DNA of 64,000 nt from assembly GCA_043801595.1 (NCBI GenBank), contig JAZDLW010000021.1, forward strand, positions 89,128 through 153,127, read 5' to 3'. The DNA comes from Candidatus Aenigmatarchaeota archaeon. GTDB taxonomy: Archaea; Aenigmatarchaeota; Aenigmatarchaeia; JACPZZ01. The notes beneath the pieces were generated by a model. It did not search any database. It was not told the origin of the DNA and was given only the letters and a program-made list of their open reading frames with translations. A program made the position numbers and the translations under genes. Every line of letters starts with the position of its first letter. The first letter of the stretch is position 1. Of the stretch, positions 1 to 9,109 are shown piece after piece.

Positions 1-936
1 TGCCGTTATCGCCTCTTCCTGACTCATTTTTACAATAATGCTGTCGAGCGGTATTTTGTTGCGTACTGCGATGTTTTCTATCTGCGCCCTTTCAACGCCT
101 ATGCCGCCCATTGCAACGCCGACGCCTTCAGCAACGCTTCCGGTCTGTTCGCCTTCAAGTTTCGCAGCCGCGTCAATGGTAACGATCCTCTTGACCCTGT
201 ATTTGCCAAGGACTTTCTCAGTCGCACGACCGAGTTTTCCGAGGCGACCGCCAGGGCCGAGCGCTTTCATCACAAGCATGTTCCTGCCTTTGTATGCTGT
301 CAATGCAACAACGGTGTCCGGTTCCAACAAACTTATTTTTTTATCGTTGATCAGCTTTGCGGCAATGTACGGCCCGATAGAATCTCCAACAGGCTGGCCT
401 GTTGCCAGATAACCTGTTCCTTTGTACATCGCTTTTGCAATCCGTTCTATCATAGGCAGCTGCATCTGCAAAATCATTGCGAGCTGTATGTTTTTCGTTT
501 TCTTGATTGTCACAAGGAAATGCTTGACGATCTTTGCAATCTGGTTCACGGACATTGCGCCCGCAACTCCCATCATTATGTTCGCGCGCTTTTCCTCGTC
601 GGTTCTCGGCGTTATCTCGGCGATCGTGTACTTTAATTTTTCTTCCTCGGCGTTCACGATGTGCTCTATTTTCGGAATAACGCCGTACGGGTCGAGCGTA
701 ACAGGCTCTATTGCAAAAAACTCGACCATCCTGTCAACCGCATTTCTCACCCTTTCCGACGGTTTCTCGGCTATCTGGCTAAGGACGATCTTTTTGGATT
801 TCTGGGACATGTCCTCGAGGTTTTTTACGCTCTGCTCAAGGCGCCAGATTATTTGCATAAGCGCCATTCGCGGATAGAAGAAAATCATGACTATCCAAAA
901 CAGCAATACCAAACCTGAAAACGGATCTTCTGCCAT
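1..936 (-). CDS. Conserved archaeal protein (possibly DUF1512-like) with an N-terminal TM helix; the 3' part runs off the window edge
   Basis: Hand translation of the minus strand gives a continuous ORF from an ATG at 934-936 (alternative ATGs at 888 and 858) down to position 1. It has a hydrophobic N-terminus (GLVLLFWIVMIFFYP) and the motifs GPGGRLGKLGR and GVGVAMGGIGVERAQIEN. It is absent from the ORF track because it is truncated by the window edge. The family assignment is tentative. Confidence 0.5.
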   Translation of the reverse strand, partial: MAEDPFSGLVLLFWIVMIFFYPRMALMQIIWRLEQSVKNLEDMSQKSKKIVLSQIAEKPSERVRNAVDRMVEFFAIEPVTLDPYGVIPKIEHIVNAEEEKLKYTIAEITPRTDEEKRANIMMGVAGAMSVNQIAKIVKHFLVTIKKTKNIQLAMILQMQLPMIERIAKAMYKGTGYLATGQPVGDSIGPYIAAKLINDKKISLLEPDTVVALTAYKGRNMLVMKALGPGGRLGKLGRATEKVLGKYRVKRIVTIDAAAKLEGEQTGSVAEGVGVAMGGIGVERAQIENIAVRNKIPLDSIIVKMSQEEAITA

Positions 937-1009
937 TCTTACCCTGCCACACTGTGGAACAGTATGCCGGCGAAATCTATGCCGCGCTCTAAGTATACTT
1001 TTTATACTT

Positions 1010-1702
1010 TTAATTCTTTTTAAGCTTTTCAAGCATTTTTCGCAGCGCTCCGGCAAGCGTGTACAGCTCATTTCTTGACAATAAAGAACGTTCAACCATG
1101 TTACCGAACACCTTGACTGTTGTTTTTTTCCTTTTTTCGGAGCAACTGGAGCTTACCAGCAAACGCGAAAAGAATTTGTAAAGCACCTCTTTCTCCTTTT
1201 TTGACGGCTGCCGCCTTTGCAACGGACTGCGGTTAAACAATTCGTAGAGAACTATCGCAACGGCGTTTGCGATATTAAGAGCAGGATTTTCTTTGTCCGT
1301 AGGTATTGTGACGACAAGGTCGCACTGCAACAGCTCCTCGTTTTTAAGGCCGGAGCTTTCCCGTCCAAAGAGTATTGATACACTGCCATTAAAGTTTCCT
1401 ATGTTTTTTGCGAAATCCTTTGGCGATGCAGCTGCGCGCAGCAGATTTTTTTCCGTTGCTATCTTGCCTGTCGTGCCTACGACAAGATCAGAGCCTGCAA
1501 CCGCTTTTTTGATGCTTGAAAACGTCTTCATTTTTTTCAGTACCGTCGCGCCTCTCATCGAACGCTGCACGGAGATGTCCGTCACCTTTGCAACGGGATT
1601 GACTAAAACCAGGTCGTCAACGCAAAAATTGTTCATTGCGCGTGCTACGTAACCTATGTTCTCCTCGCCTTCCACTCCAACTAAAACCACGCGAACCCTC
1701 AT
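1010..1702 (-). CDS. SpoU/TrmH-family RNA 2'-O-methyltransferase
   Basis: The N-terminus LVGVEGEENIGYVARAMNNFCVDDLVLV and the C-terminal SPOUT-like motifs (ILFGRESSGL, VTIPT) are typical of TrmH/TrmJ-class methyltransferases. Confidence 0.75.
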   Translation of the reverse strand: MRVRVVLVGVEGEENIGYVARAMNNFCVDDLVLVNPVAKVTDISVQRSMRGATVLKKMKTFSSIKKAVAGSDLVVGTTGKIATEKNLLRAAASPKDFAKNIGNFNGSVSILFGRESSGLKNEELLQCDLVVTIPTDKENPALNIANAVAIVLYELFNRSPLQRRQPSKKEKEVLYKFFSRLLVSSSCSEKRKKTTVKVFGNMVERSLLSRNELYTLAGALRKMLEKLKKN

Positions 1703-1771
1703 TTGACTCCTATTTTTATTCGCATATCAAGCTTCTAAGTTTTATAATGTCGCACGCCATGAATAATCAAT

Positions 1772-2443
1772 ATGGCCGATGCAAAGGACATCGTAGCGAT
1801 CGTGATAAGCTTAATAATCCTTGCGTTTGCTGTCGAAAATATACCCACGTTGAAAAGTTCTGCGGGCAGCCTATTTACATTGTTCTCGATAACGCTGCCG
1901 GAAATAAGCCCGCACACGTCGACATTCCCCATTTCAATGGACGCGGGCGTTGCATCGCAGCCGATTAGCATAAACGCGGATTCGATACAAATTCTGGAAG
2001 TGAACTCGAAAAACGTATCGCTCGTTTTCGATGATCGGCAGATAATCGTCAATCCTTCCGTGCTCGAAGACATAGTCATCTCATCATACTCTGGAAAGAT
2101 TTCATCTTTCACAATAAACGGTTCGCTACGCCTTGACGGAAACGCAAAAGGCATAGCTTCGAACCTCGTGACAATAACATCGCAAAGAAGCGTTACTGTT
2201 ACCGGTAACATATCGTTCGGAACAGTCAAGCTTTCCGGCGTGTCTGGCGGTACCATTTCAGTGAGCAACGCTGTTGGAAGCGCAGTTTACAACAAAACGA
2301 ACACTGTTTCGCTACTCGGAGACAATGTGAAAATAGACAAGTTCAACGGGGATATTTCAATCGGGTCGTACGGCGTGATTCTTGACGGCACTGCATCTTA
2401 CTTTGAAATAAAGAGTGCTGGCAAAACTGTGCAGATCGGATAA
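1772..2443 (+). CDS. Hypothetical membrane-anchored protein (N-terminal TM helix, beta-rich ectodomain)
   Basis: At 223 aa it is longer and less compositionally odd than the overlapping antisense ORF at 1735..2268. It has an N-terminal TM segment (IVAIVISLIILAFAV). Confidence 0.45.
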   Translation: MADAKDIVAIVISLIILAFAVENIPTLKSSAGSLFTLFSITLPEISPHTSTFPISMDAGVASQPISINADSIQILEVNSKNVSLVFDDRQIIVNPSVLEDIVISSYSGKISSFTINGSLRLDGNAKGIASNLVTITSQRSVTVTGNISFGTVKLSGVSGGTISVSNAVGSAVYNKTNTVSLLGDNVKIDKFNGDISIGSYGVILDGTASYFEIKSAGKTVQIG

Positions 2444-2445
2444 AA

Positions 2446-2808
2446 TTATTGTTCCGGTATTTCCACTTCATCACTGTTTTTCTTCGGTTTTCTGTGCTGC
2501 TTTCTTTGCTTTTCCTTTTTCTCTTGGTGCAAAAGCCCGGCTGCTGCCCAAATCATGTCAACGGCCTTTTTTACAAACATGTAGATTATGTAAAAGACAG
2601 ATCCCAGTATTCCGAAGATAAGTATGCTGTCGAAGTTCAGGTTGTTGTAAAATCCGAAATAATTCAAAACGACCGGAAATGCCATTGATATCAGCGCGAT
2701 AACTGCGACCTTCAATAAAACGCGGATCACGGCATAAGTTGCTATAATGAAGAATGCGAATATCAACAGAAGCGCTATAGTCGATTCGTTGAAACCTGGC
2801 AATGGCAT
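2446..2808 (-). CDS. Small multi-TM membrane protein with a Lys-rich C-terminal tail
   Basis: Three hydrophobic helices followed by QEKKEKQRKQHRKPKK. Confidence 0.45.
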   Translation of the reverse strand: MPLPGFNESTIALLLIFAFFIIATYAVIRVLLKVAVIALISMAFPVVLNYFGFYNNLNFDSILIFGILGSVFYIIYMFVKKAVDMIWAAAGLLHQEKKEKQRKQHRKPKKNSDEVEIPEQ

Positions 2809-3001
2809 AAAACAAGTTGGTGTGGATGCAATATTAATATTACGCTTTTTGGGACAGCTAAATCATACGCTTATAGGCTAGCGGAATGGATTTGTCAAAT
2901 AGGGCAGGCAGTTCTCTCGCTCCTTCGGCTGTACCCAACTAAACCAGGATAACCCGCGCCAGTCGCGCTTTTAACTCCTAAAAATTTACTCATATTAAGG
3001 C

Positions 3002-3661
3002 ATGATAGACTTCAACAAGATGGTAACCAACCATATTGAACGAGAGCATCGTCCGAAACAGATCGGACGGTATTATCCGTCAGAAGTCGGCGGCTGCTTG
3101 AGAAAAACGTGGTATTCTTACAAGTATCCCAAGCAAGTTGATCCAGAATTAATGAAAATATTCGAACTCGGCAACATAATGCACGGTTTCGTCGTAGAGG
3201 TTTTAAAAAGCGAGAAGAATCAAGAGGTTGAACTGCTAAAATCCGAATTCCCGCTTAAAATCGAGGAAAAAGACTTCACGATCTCTGGGCGAGTAGACGA
3301 TCTGATACTCGTCAAAGCCAGCGGAAAGAACGTTTTAGTCGAGGTAAAATCGACAAAAGACATCAAATTCGTCAAAAAAGCGCAGCCGAGCCATGAGATG
3401 CAACTGGTTTTCTACATGCACGCGTCGGGCGTACATAACGGTGTTATTCTCTATGTAGACAAATCGAACCTTCAAAGCAAGACGTTTGAAGTCCCGTACA
3501 CAAAGGAGAAGGCGGATGAAATTTTAGATAGATTCAAGCTGTTGAACGATTCTTTAGTTAACAATAACATGCCCGAGGCAGAAGCGACCAAAACCAAGGA
3601 AACAACGTGGATGTGCAAGTACTGCGAATACGCGGATAAATGCAAGAAAGGGGAAGGATAA
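3002..3661 (+). CDS. Cas4-like / DUF83 PD-(D/E)XK nuclease with a 4Fe-4S cysteine set (standalone, no CRISPR array)
   Basis: N-terminal CLRKTWY (compare Cas4 CPRKxWY). RecB motifs RVDDL...VEVKSTK and QLVFYMH. C-terminal C-x2-C-x5-C (CKYCEYADKC). Confidence 0.75.
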   Translation: MIDFNKMVTNHIEREHRPKQIGRYYPSEVGGCLRKTWYSYKYPKQVDPELMKIFELGNIMHGFVVEVLKSEKNQEVELLKSEFPLKIEEKDFTISGRVDDLILVKASGKNVLVEVKSTKDIKFVKKAQPSHEMQLVFYMHASGVHNGVILYVDKSNLQSKTFEVPYTKEKADEILDRFKLLNDSLVNNNMPEAEATKTKETTWMCKYCEYADKCKKGEG

Positions 3662-3748
3662 AGAAGGCGGGGATGTTTAGGGATTTGTATATAAACTAAA
3701 ATTGGTTGATGCGTACAAGTTTTTATACGATTTAAATTAACAATAATT

Positions 3749-6700
3749 ATGGATTTGTTTGTAAAAGATGTAATTGATAGGTTTAGTCAAGGTTTAACAT
3801 TAGACGGTGAGAAGCGTATTTTTGAAGATGGGAAGGAATTATCTTCCGATTTTCTAAAAGAACGTGCTAAACCAGAATCCTATACAATAGAACTAATTAT
3901 ACGAAAAATATTCGATAAATTAGAAGTAGATATATTACCAGAAAAACAAATAGAAGTTTTGGATTTGGAACTAAATGAAAAATTACGAAATGTTGATTTC
4001 AGAATAAAGTCTAAAAATCTAAAAATTTTAGTAGAAGCAAAGCCTGTAAATTCCGATCTAAAAACCGATTCTTCTTCAGGCGCTGTAAATCAAATAAAAG
4101 GGTTATTCAAAATGACAGAAGTTAGCAATAATTACGATTTTGGAATAGCGACAGATGGATTGAAATGGATATTCATAGATAATTCTGGAAAGAAAACGGA
4201 AGAGATTGATATACGAGATAGTTTCGATAGACTAAAAGAGTTAATTTTAGGAAAAGAAAAAGTTATTTCAAGAGAAACCGAAGAAGAAATTTCTAAAAAA
4301 TTTTATGATTGGTACAATGCGTTGTTACATGGAGGTAAATACAAGAATCATCTAAACATAACAAAAAATATCTCAAAAAAATATTGTTTGGTAGAGAATA
4401 TTTTATCTGCGCCAATTGTGGAGGAAAGAGAACAAATTGCGCAGACAATAATGGATCGTTTGATTTTCATAAAATTTTTACAGTCGAAGGGTATAATAAA
4501 CTTTGATGTGTTAAACTATTTGTCGAACTTAGAAGAAAAGAGTCTTAATGATACGTTAAGACAATTGTTTTTCAACGTCCTTAACACCGAAAAAGGAAAA
4601 CGTGAAGAAATAGATCATAAATTGAATAATATACCATATCTTAATGGAAGTTTATTTGTAAGAACCGAAGAAGAGCTTAAAAATCCTGATTATAGGATAA
4701 GGGCTTATATATTAAAAGAAATTATAACGTTTTTAGATTCATTCAAGTTTATACACGTTGAACGATTATCAAACCAGAAAACTTTGGATCCCGAGATTCT
4801 AGGTTACATATTCGAGCAAGCGATGACAGCTTCCGATCGGCACGGAACGGGAGCTTATTATACTTCAAAAGAAATAACCAATTACATATCACAAAATACA
4901 ATTTATCCGATAATAGTTAAACGTGCAAATGAATATTTAAGAAAAATAGGGTACAAAGAAGGAGAGTTAATAAAAACTATAGATGACTTGTTCGATAAAA
5001 TTAATCCTCCGTCAATAAAGAACATAATGACTGAGGTCGTATATAATTTAAAAGTATGCGATAATTCTTGTGGTTCTGGTGCATTTTTACTTGCTGTTGG
5101 AGAAATTCTGTTTAATTTGTGGAAACGGGCTAAGGAAATAGTAAATCTTCCGATGCCTGATTATTGGTTCAAGAAAGAAATTATTAAAAATTGTATTTAT
5201 GGTGTTGATAAAAACCCAAATGCGATAGAAATAGCAAAATTGAGGTTGTGGTTGTGGATAGTTGATTCGTATAGTCCGGAAAAATTTGAGCCGTTACCGA
5301 ATATAGAATATAACGTGCGTTGTGGAAACAGCCTGATTGGTTATATTAGCATAGAAAAATTTGAGCAGAATAAGACAGATCTTAACGATTATGGAGATAC
5401 TTTAACTGAAAGATCTTTGTATAAAACATTGGCGCGAAGAGCGGATTTAATAAGAAGATATAAGTCGTTATCAGGCGATGGTGCAAAGTTATTGAAAAGC
5501 GAGTTAAATCGTATAGATGATGGTATTAAACGACTTCTAGATAATAAACTATTTCTAGAAATTCAAAAGGAAATCAAAAATGTGAAGTTCGAAGACATTA
5601 GAAGACTCAGAGCATTTCACTGGGGATTTGAATTTGGAAATGTTTTTAAAGATAACAACTCTGAGAGAGGTTTCGATGCAATGGTAGGTAATCCACCATA
5701 CCTAGAATCCAGAAGTCCTCAATTTACAGATGAAATGAAGGATATGATACAATACAGTGTTAAAAAAGAATTTCCTGAGGAAAACAATCTGATTGGAAGA
5801 GGTTGTGATTTGCTTGTATATTTTTATATTAGAGGATTAAGCATAATTAAAAGCGATGGATTTATATCGTTCATCACACAAAATTCATGGCTAGATACTG
5901 ATTATGGAAAGATGTTTCAACGCTTCATTTCTAATAACACCAATGTTAAGGCTATTGTTGATAGCGATTTCAAATATTTCAGTAATGCCAATATCAATAC
6001 AGTAGTAACATTTTTTGTAGGTAATAAAAAGTGTGTGGACAGTAAAAATAAAACTTTATTTTTAAATTACCACATTCGATTTGGAGAAATTAATTATATG
6101 CTACCTGTTATTTCTGACGATATGGAACAACCAAAAAAAATATCCATAAAAATCTTTGATCAATCTGAATTGAAAAATACCGAATTTAAGTGGGGACTTT
6201 TGCTTTTTTCAGATAATAGATTTTTAGAGATTTTGAGTATAATGAATAAGAAAGGTAAGAAATTGGATGATTTAGGATATGGTTGTGGTCAGGGACTTAA
6301 CATAACTAAGGATCACTTAATTGATATGAATAAAATGAAAGAATTGGGTATAAATTCGAAATCAATGGTTCCAATAATGTCATCAGAAGATGGTGCACCT
6401 TACAATCTTTCCAAGACACAATTTTATTTAATAAATAAAGATAAGTTAAGTTCTGATAAACTGCAACAAATTAAAAATCAAAGTATAAAAATTTTAGATA
6501 AAATTTATTCAACAAGATTGCGACCAAACCTCATACTTCCAAGAGGAATAGGCAGGCATTTCTGTTGTATGAACGAAGTAAATGCATTTACTACGAGTAT
6601 GGTAGAAATATATGTTAAGTCAAACGATTATGATAAATCTGTAAGATTATGGACTTTTTTAAATTCTTCTTTATTATGGTTGCTGAGGGAGATCTCTGGA

Positions 6701-6988
6701 AGAAAGAATCTTGGTGGAGGAATGTTGAAGGCAGAAGCTACGGATTTAAAGAATTTTGAGTTGTATTTTGATTTAGATGTTAAGAAATGCAAAGAAATTT
6801 ATAGTATGACGATGGGGAAAGAAGCCGAGCCAGCATTATTGGAGATTGGCACAACGGCACACAAGATGATCGATAAAATGGTTTTTGATTATTTAGGTTT
6901 AAATAACAATCAGCGAAGTTATGTAATTGAAAAATTAAAAGATGTCGTAACTAGAAGAGAAAGAAGATCCTCGAAGGTAAGTGTTTAG
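3749..6988 (+). CDS. Type IIG restriction-modification fusion enzyme (N-terminal PD-(D/E)XK endonuclease plus gamma-class N6-adenine methyltransferase plus C-terminal TRD)
   Basis: The N-terminus carries D..x13..E-A-K (VDFRI...ILVEAKP). Methyltransferase motif I is VCDNSCGSGAFLLAVG and motif IV is NPPY (MVGNPPYLE). The 1,079-aa size and architecture resemble MmeI/Eco57I-type enzymes. The coding sequence is very AT-rich. Confidence 0.7.
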   Translation: MDLFVKDVIDRFSQGLTLDGEKRIFEDGKELSSDFLKERAKPESYTIELIIRKIFDKLEVDILPEKQIEVLDLELNEKLRNVDFRIKSKNLKILVEAKPVNSDLKTDSSSGAVNQIKGLFKMTEVSNNYDFGIATDGLKWIFIDNSGKKTEEIDIRDSFDRLKELILGKEKVISRETEEEISKKFYDWYNALLHGGKYKNHLNITKNISKKYCLVENILSAPIVEEREQIAQTIMDRLIFIKFLQSKGIINFDVLNYLSNLEEKSLNDTLRQLFFNVLNTEKGKREEIDHKLNNIPYLNGSLFVRTEEELKNPDYRIRAYILKEIITFLDSFKFIHVERLSNQKTLDPEILGYIFEQAMTASDRHGTGAYYTSKEITNYISQNTIYPIIVKRANEYLRKIGYKEGELIKTIDDLFDKINPPSIKNIMTEVVYNLKVCDNSCGSGAFLLAVGEILFNLWKRAKEIVNLPMPDYWFKKEIIKNCIYGVDKNPNAIEIAKLRLWLWIVDSYSPEKFEPLPNIEYNVRCGNSLIGYISIEKFEQNKTDLNDYGDTLTERSLYKTLARRADLIRRYKSLSGDGAKLLKSELNRIDDGIKRLLDNKLFLEIQKEIKNVKFEDIRRLRAFHWGFEFGNVFKDNNSERGFDAMVGNPPYLESRSPQFTDEMKDMIQYSVKKEFPEENNLIGRGCDLLVYFYIRGLSIIKSDGFISFITQNSWLDTDYGKMFQRFISNNTNVKAIVDSDFKYFSNANINTVVTFFVGNKKCVDSKNKTLFLNYHIRFGEINYMLPVISDDMEQPKKISIKIFDQSELKNTEFKWGLLLFSDNRFLEILSIMNKKGKKLDDLGYGCGQGLNITKDHLIDMNKMKELGINSKSMVPIMSSEDGAPYNLSKTQFYLINKDKLSSDKLQQIKNQSIKILDKIYSTRLRPNLILPRGIGRHFCCMNEVNAFTTSMVEIYVKSNDYDKSVRLWTFLNSSLLWLLREISGRKNLGGGMLKAEATDLKNFELYFDLDVKKCKEIYSMTMGKEAEPALLEIGTTAHKMIDKMVFDYLGLNNNQRSYVIEKLKDVVTRRERRSSKVSV

Positions 6989-7031
6989 ATATAATCTTCT
7001 CAATAATTTATCAATTTAAAATTTAATTTAG

Positions 7032-7337
7032 GTGAATTTGATGGATACTATAAGGGTCTCATGCCCCTTTTGCAATAAAGAAATATCAGTTTACTATAAA
7101 CCATCAATCTTTCAGGCTGATAAATCACATAGTGCCGCCGCCGGAACCAAAACCTCCTTTTTCAAAACCAAAGAAAAATACGAAGTCCTTGAAGATTGCC
7201 CTAATTGTCATAAATCTAAGAAAGAAATCCAGAAAGCTCTTGAACAAGGCGTTTCTAAACCCAAATCCAAGGAAGAACTGAAAAGGCAACTTGAGGAGTT
7301 GGGATTGATGAAAAAATTTGGCGGAGAAACTGAATAA
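7032..7337 (+). CDS. Small Zn-ribbon protein; looks like a truncated paralog of the 7964 gene
   Basis: Has CPFC...CPNC. The N-terminus (SCPFCNKEISVYYKP) matches the 7964 protein (VCPECHSV...YYKP). The C-terminal tail (KRQLEELGLMKKF) matches out-of-frame sequence 3' of the 7964 stop. Confidence 0.5.
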   Translation: MNLMDTIRVSCPFCNKEISVYYKPSIFQADKSHSAAAGTKTSFFKTKEKYEVLEDCPNCHKSKKEIQKALEQGVSKPKSKEELKRQLEELGLMKKFGGETE

Positions 7338-7472
7338 TATAAAAAACTAAGGATATAGTCAAATTAAAAATATTTTAAATTTACCTAGCAAGCTATCACA
7401 CTGTTCCTAAACAGTGCCCGTTAAAGCCGTAATAAAACAGACTATTTATGTGAGCATAGCCACATTTTTGAT

Positions 7473-7967
7473 ATGACCGTTCAAAAAGACGCGCTTTTGC
7501 TTCTTGCAGCCCTTAAGAAAGACCATAAAATATGGGCAATTTCACCATGCGGTCACGAATACCGCCTTTCTGACAGTGAACTATTTTATGGGTCAGAACT
7601 TACTCCAAAAGCAAAAGAGTTTTTAGACTTGCAAAATGAAGGAATCAAGCAATTGAAAAAAGAAGCCAAAGATTTCAAATACAAACTAACAGAAGGTTTT
7701 ACAAAAAAGAGCGTTGAAGTCAAGATAGGGAAGACAATAGAAAAGATTGTTCCTGTTCTGCCAGGATTTCCATACAATCCTTTGGATTGCAGGTCGCTTT
7801 TTGACCCCATCGACTATACAGTGTTTGTTGGTGCATCCAAAGATTCTGTATCTCACATAGATTTTGTTGATATCAAAACAGGTAATGCCAGATTGAGTCC
7901 TGTCCAAAAAACTATACGTGATGTAGTTTTGGATGGCAAAGTCAATATTAGAGTAGTGAACAGATGA
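7473..7967 (+). CDS. Uncharacterised protein, paralog of the 7964 gene (N-terminal Cys/His motif, coiled coil, C-terminal PD-(D/E)XK-like core)
   Basis: Shares SPCGHEYRLSD / CPECHSVNRLSD, RxxFDP(I/V)(D/E)(Y/F)xVF and (D/E)xK (DIK / ENK) with the next ORF. Its stop overlaps the next start by 4 nt. Confidence 0.55.
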   Translation: MTVQKDALLLLAALKKDHKIWAISPCGHEYRLSDSELFYGSELTPKAKEFLDLQNEGIKQLKKEAKDFKYKLTEGFTKKSVEVKIGKTIEKIVPVLPGFPYNPLDCRSLFDPIDYTVFVGASKDSVSHIDFVDIKTGNARLSPVQKTIRDVVLDGKVNIRVVNR

Positions 7968-8479
7968 ATGACTTTCTCCTCTTTTTGCATGAAAACAGAC
8001 ATATTTTTAGTGTATGCCCCGAATGTCACTCTGTTAACCGTTTAAGTGATTTGCAACTTTCCGAAAAAGGATATTACAAGCCAGATTGGCTTGATGGATT
8101 GCAAGTAGAACAACAACGACTAGGAGACAAAATCGCCAAACTTGATGAAAAGAAGAAAGATCTTCAAAGAGTTGCAAAAGAGAAGGCAGAACGAATCGAA
8201 TTGCCAAAGGTACTCAATCGTCTAGCTCCGTTTTTTACAAAACATAAAATTGATCCAAGAGATGTTAGAACCATATTTGACCCAGTAGAGTTCCTAGTCT
8301 TCCAAGGGATGAATTCTCCAGAAGGCGTTGATAGTGTCACACTCCTGCATCTTGGCGAGAATAAACACCTAATCAAATCGATTGAAGACACAATTGCCAA
8401 AAAAGATTTTGGATGGAACACCATTCAAGTTAAAGATGATGGAAGCGTCAGTGAAGACCCACTTAAAATCAAGATTTGA
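7964..8479 (+). CDS. Uncharacterised protein, paralog of the 7473 gene; its C-terminal tail appears frameshifted
   Basis: See 7473. Sequence 8467-8520 in the +2 frame encodes LKKQLEELGLTERFESK, homologous to the C-terminus of the 7032 protein. Confidence 0.55.
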   Translation: MNDFLLFLHENRHIFSVCPECHSVNRLSDLQLSEKGYYKPDWLDGLQVEQQRLGDKIAKLDEKKKDLQRVAKEKAERIELPKVLNRLAPFFTKHKIDPRDVRTIFDPVEFLVFQGMNSPEGVDSVTLLHLGENKHLIKSIEDTIAKKDFGWNTIQVKDDGSVSEDPLKIKI

Positions 8480-8586
8480 AGAAGCAGTTGGAAGAACTGG
8501 GGTTGACGGAACGGTTTGAAAGTAAGTAGAAAGTATAATTTATGATTTATTATATTTATTATAAAATGCACAAATATGATTCGCGA

Positions 8587-9054
8587 TTAATTGAATAAAT
8601 TAGATCTTATAATTTTGTCCCTAGTAGCTACTATTTGCTGCTCATCGTACCAAGGTTTCAAAGATTTTACAATGCCGATTAAACTGTCGTCAGAAAGAGG
8701 GATCGACCTATCTGTGTGCAAAAACAGTATAGAGCCAAACAGTTCTACTTTACTAGGATCTGAAACCTCACTGGAAAAATAATCTTTAATCTTATCGATT
8801 TTTTCTTTATCTTGATCTGAAAAATTATATTCTTGAGGCTGCTTATTACCTTGATAAAATCCGAAAGCATCCTTCGCCAATGAGGATGAATAAGGACCTC
8901 TTAAATGCCAATCAAAATCGTATCCTAGCTTTATACCAGCACTCTGCAAAATACAGGTCAATTTTTGTATAGTTAACCTGTCATCATAATTGTTTATATT
9001 GAATGACCTACTAGCTATATCCTCCAACGCATGGAAAAGATCCATTGAGATCAT
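8587..9054 (-). CDS. Panacea-domain (DUF4065, SocA/PanA-like) protein; candidate antitoxin or defence-associated partner
   Basis: LTIQKLTCILQSAGIKLGYDFDWHLRGPYSSSLAKDAF fits the DUF4065 signature (QKL...W..GP...L). It is likely co-transcribed with the 9110..9835 gene. Confidence 0.5.
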   Translation of the reverse strand: MISMDLFHALEDIASRSFNINNYDDRLTIQKLTCILQSAGIKLGYDFDWHLRGPYSSSLAKDAFGFYQGNKQPQEYNFSDQDKEKIDKIKDYFSSEVSDPSKVELFGSILFLHTDRSIPLSDDSLIGIVKSLKPWYDEQQIVATRDKIIRSNLFN

Positions 9055-9109
9055 TCTACCTATTTAATAATTATCTGCGCCATATATAAGGGTTTCTAGT
9101 CCACCCTTC

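Noticed and set aside
1735-2268. A 177-aa minus-strand ORF overlapping 1772..2443.
   Set aside because: It is shorter than the plus-strand ORF, has no TM or signal logic, and has an antisense-like composition. The plus-strand protein has a clear TM anchor followed by an ectodomain. The call is still uncertain.
2809-3001. Possible tRNA-derived attachment site or direct repeats marking the island boundaries.
   Set aside because: No tRNA-like segment and no matching direct repeats between the left (about 3.0-3.7 kb) and right (about 9.85 kb) boundaries were found by eye.
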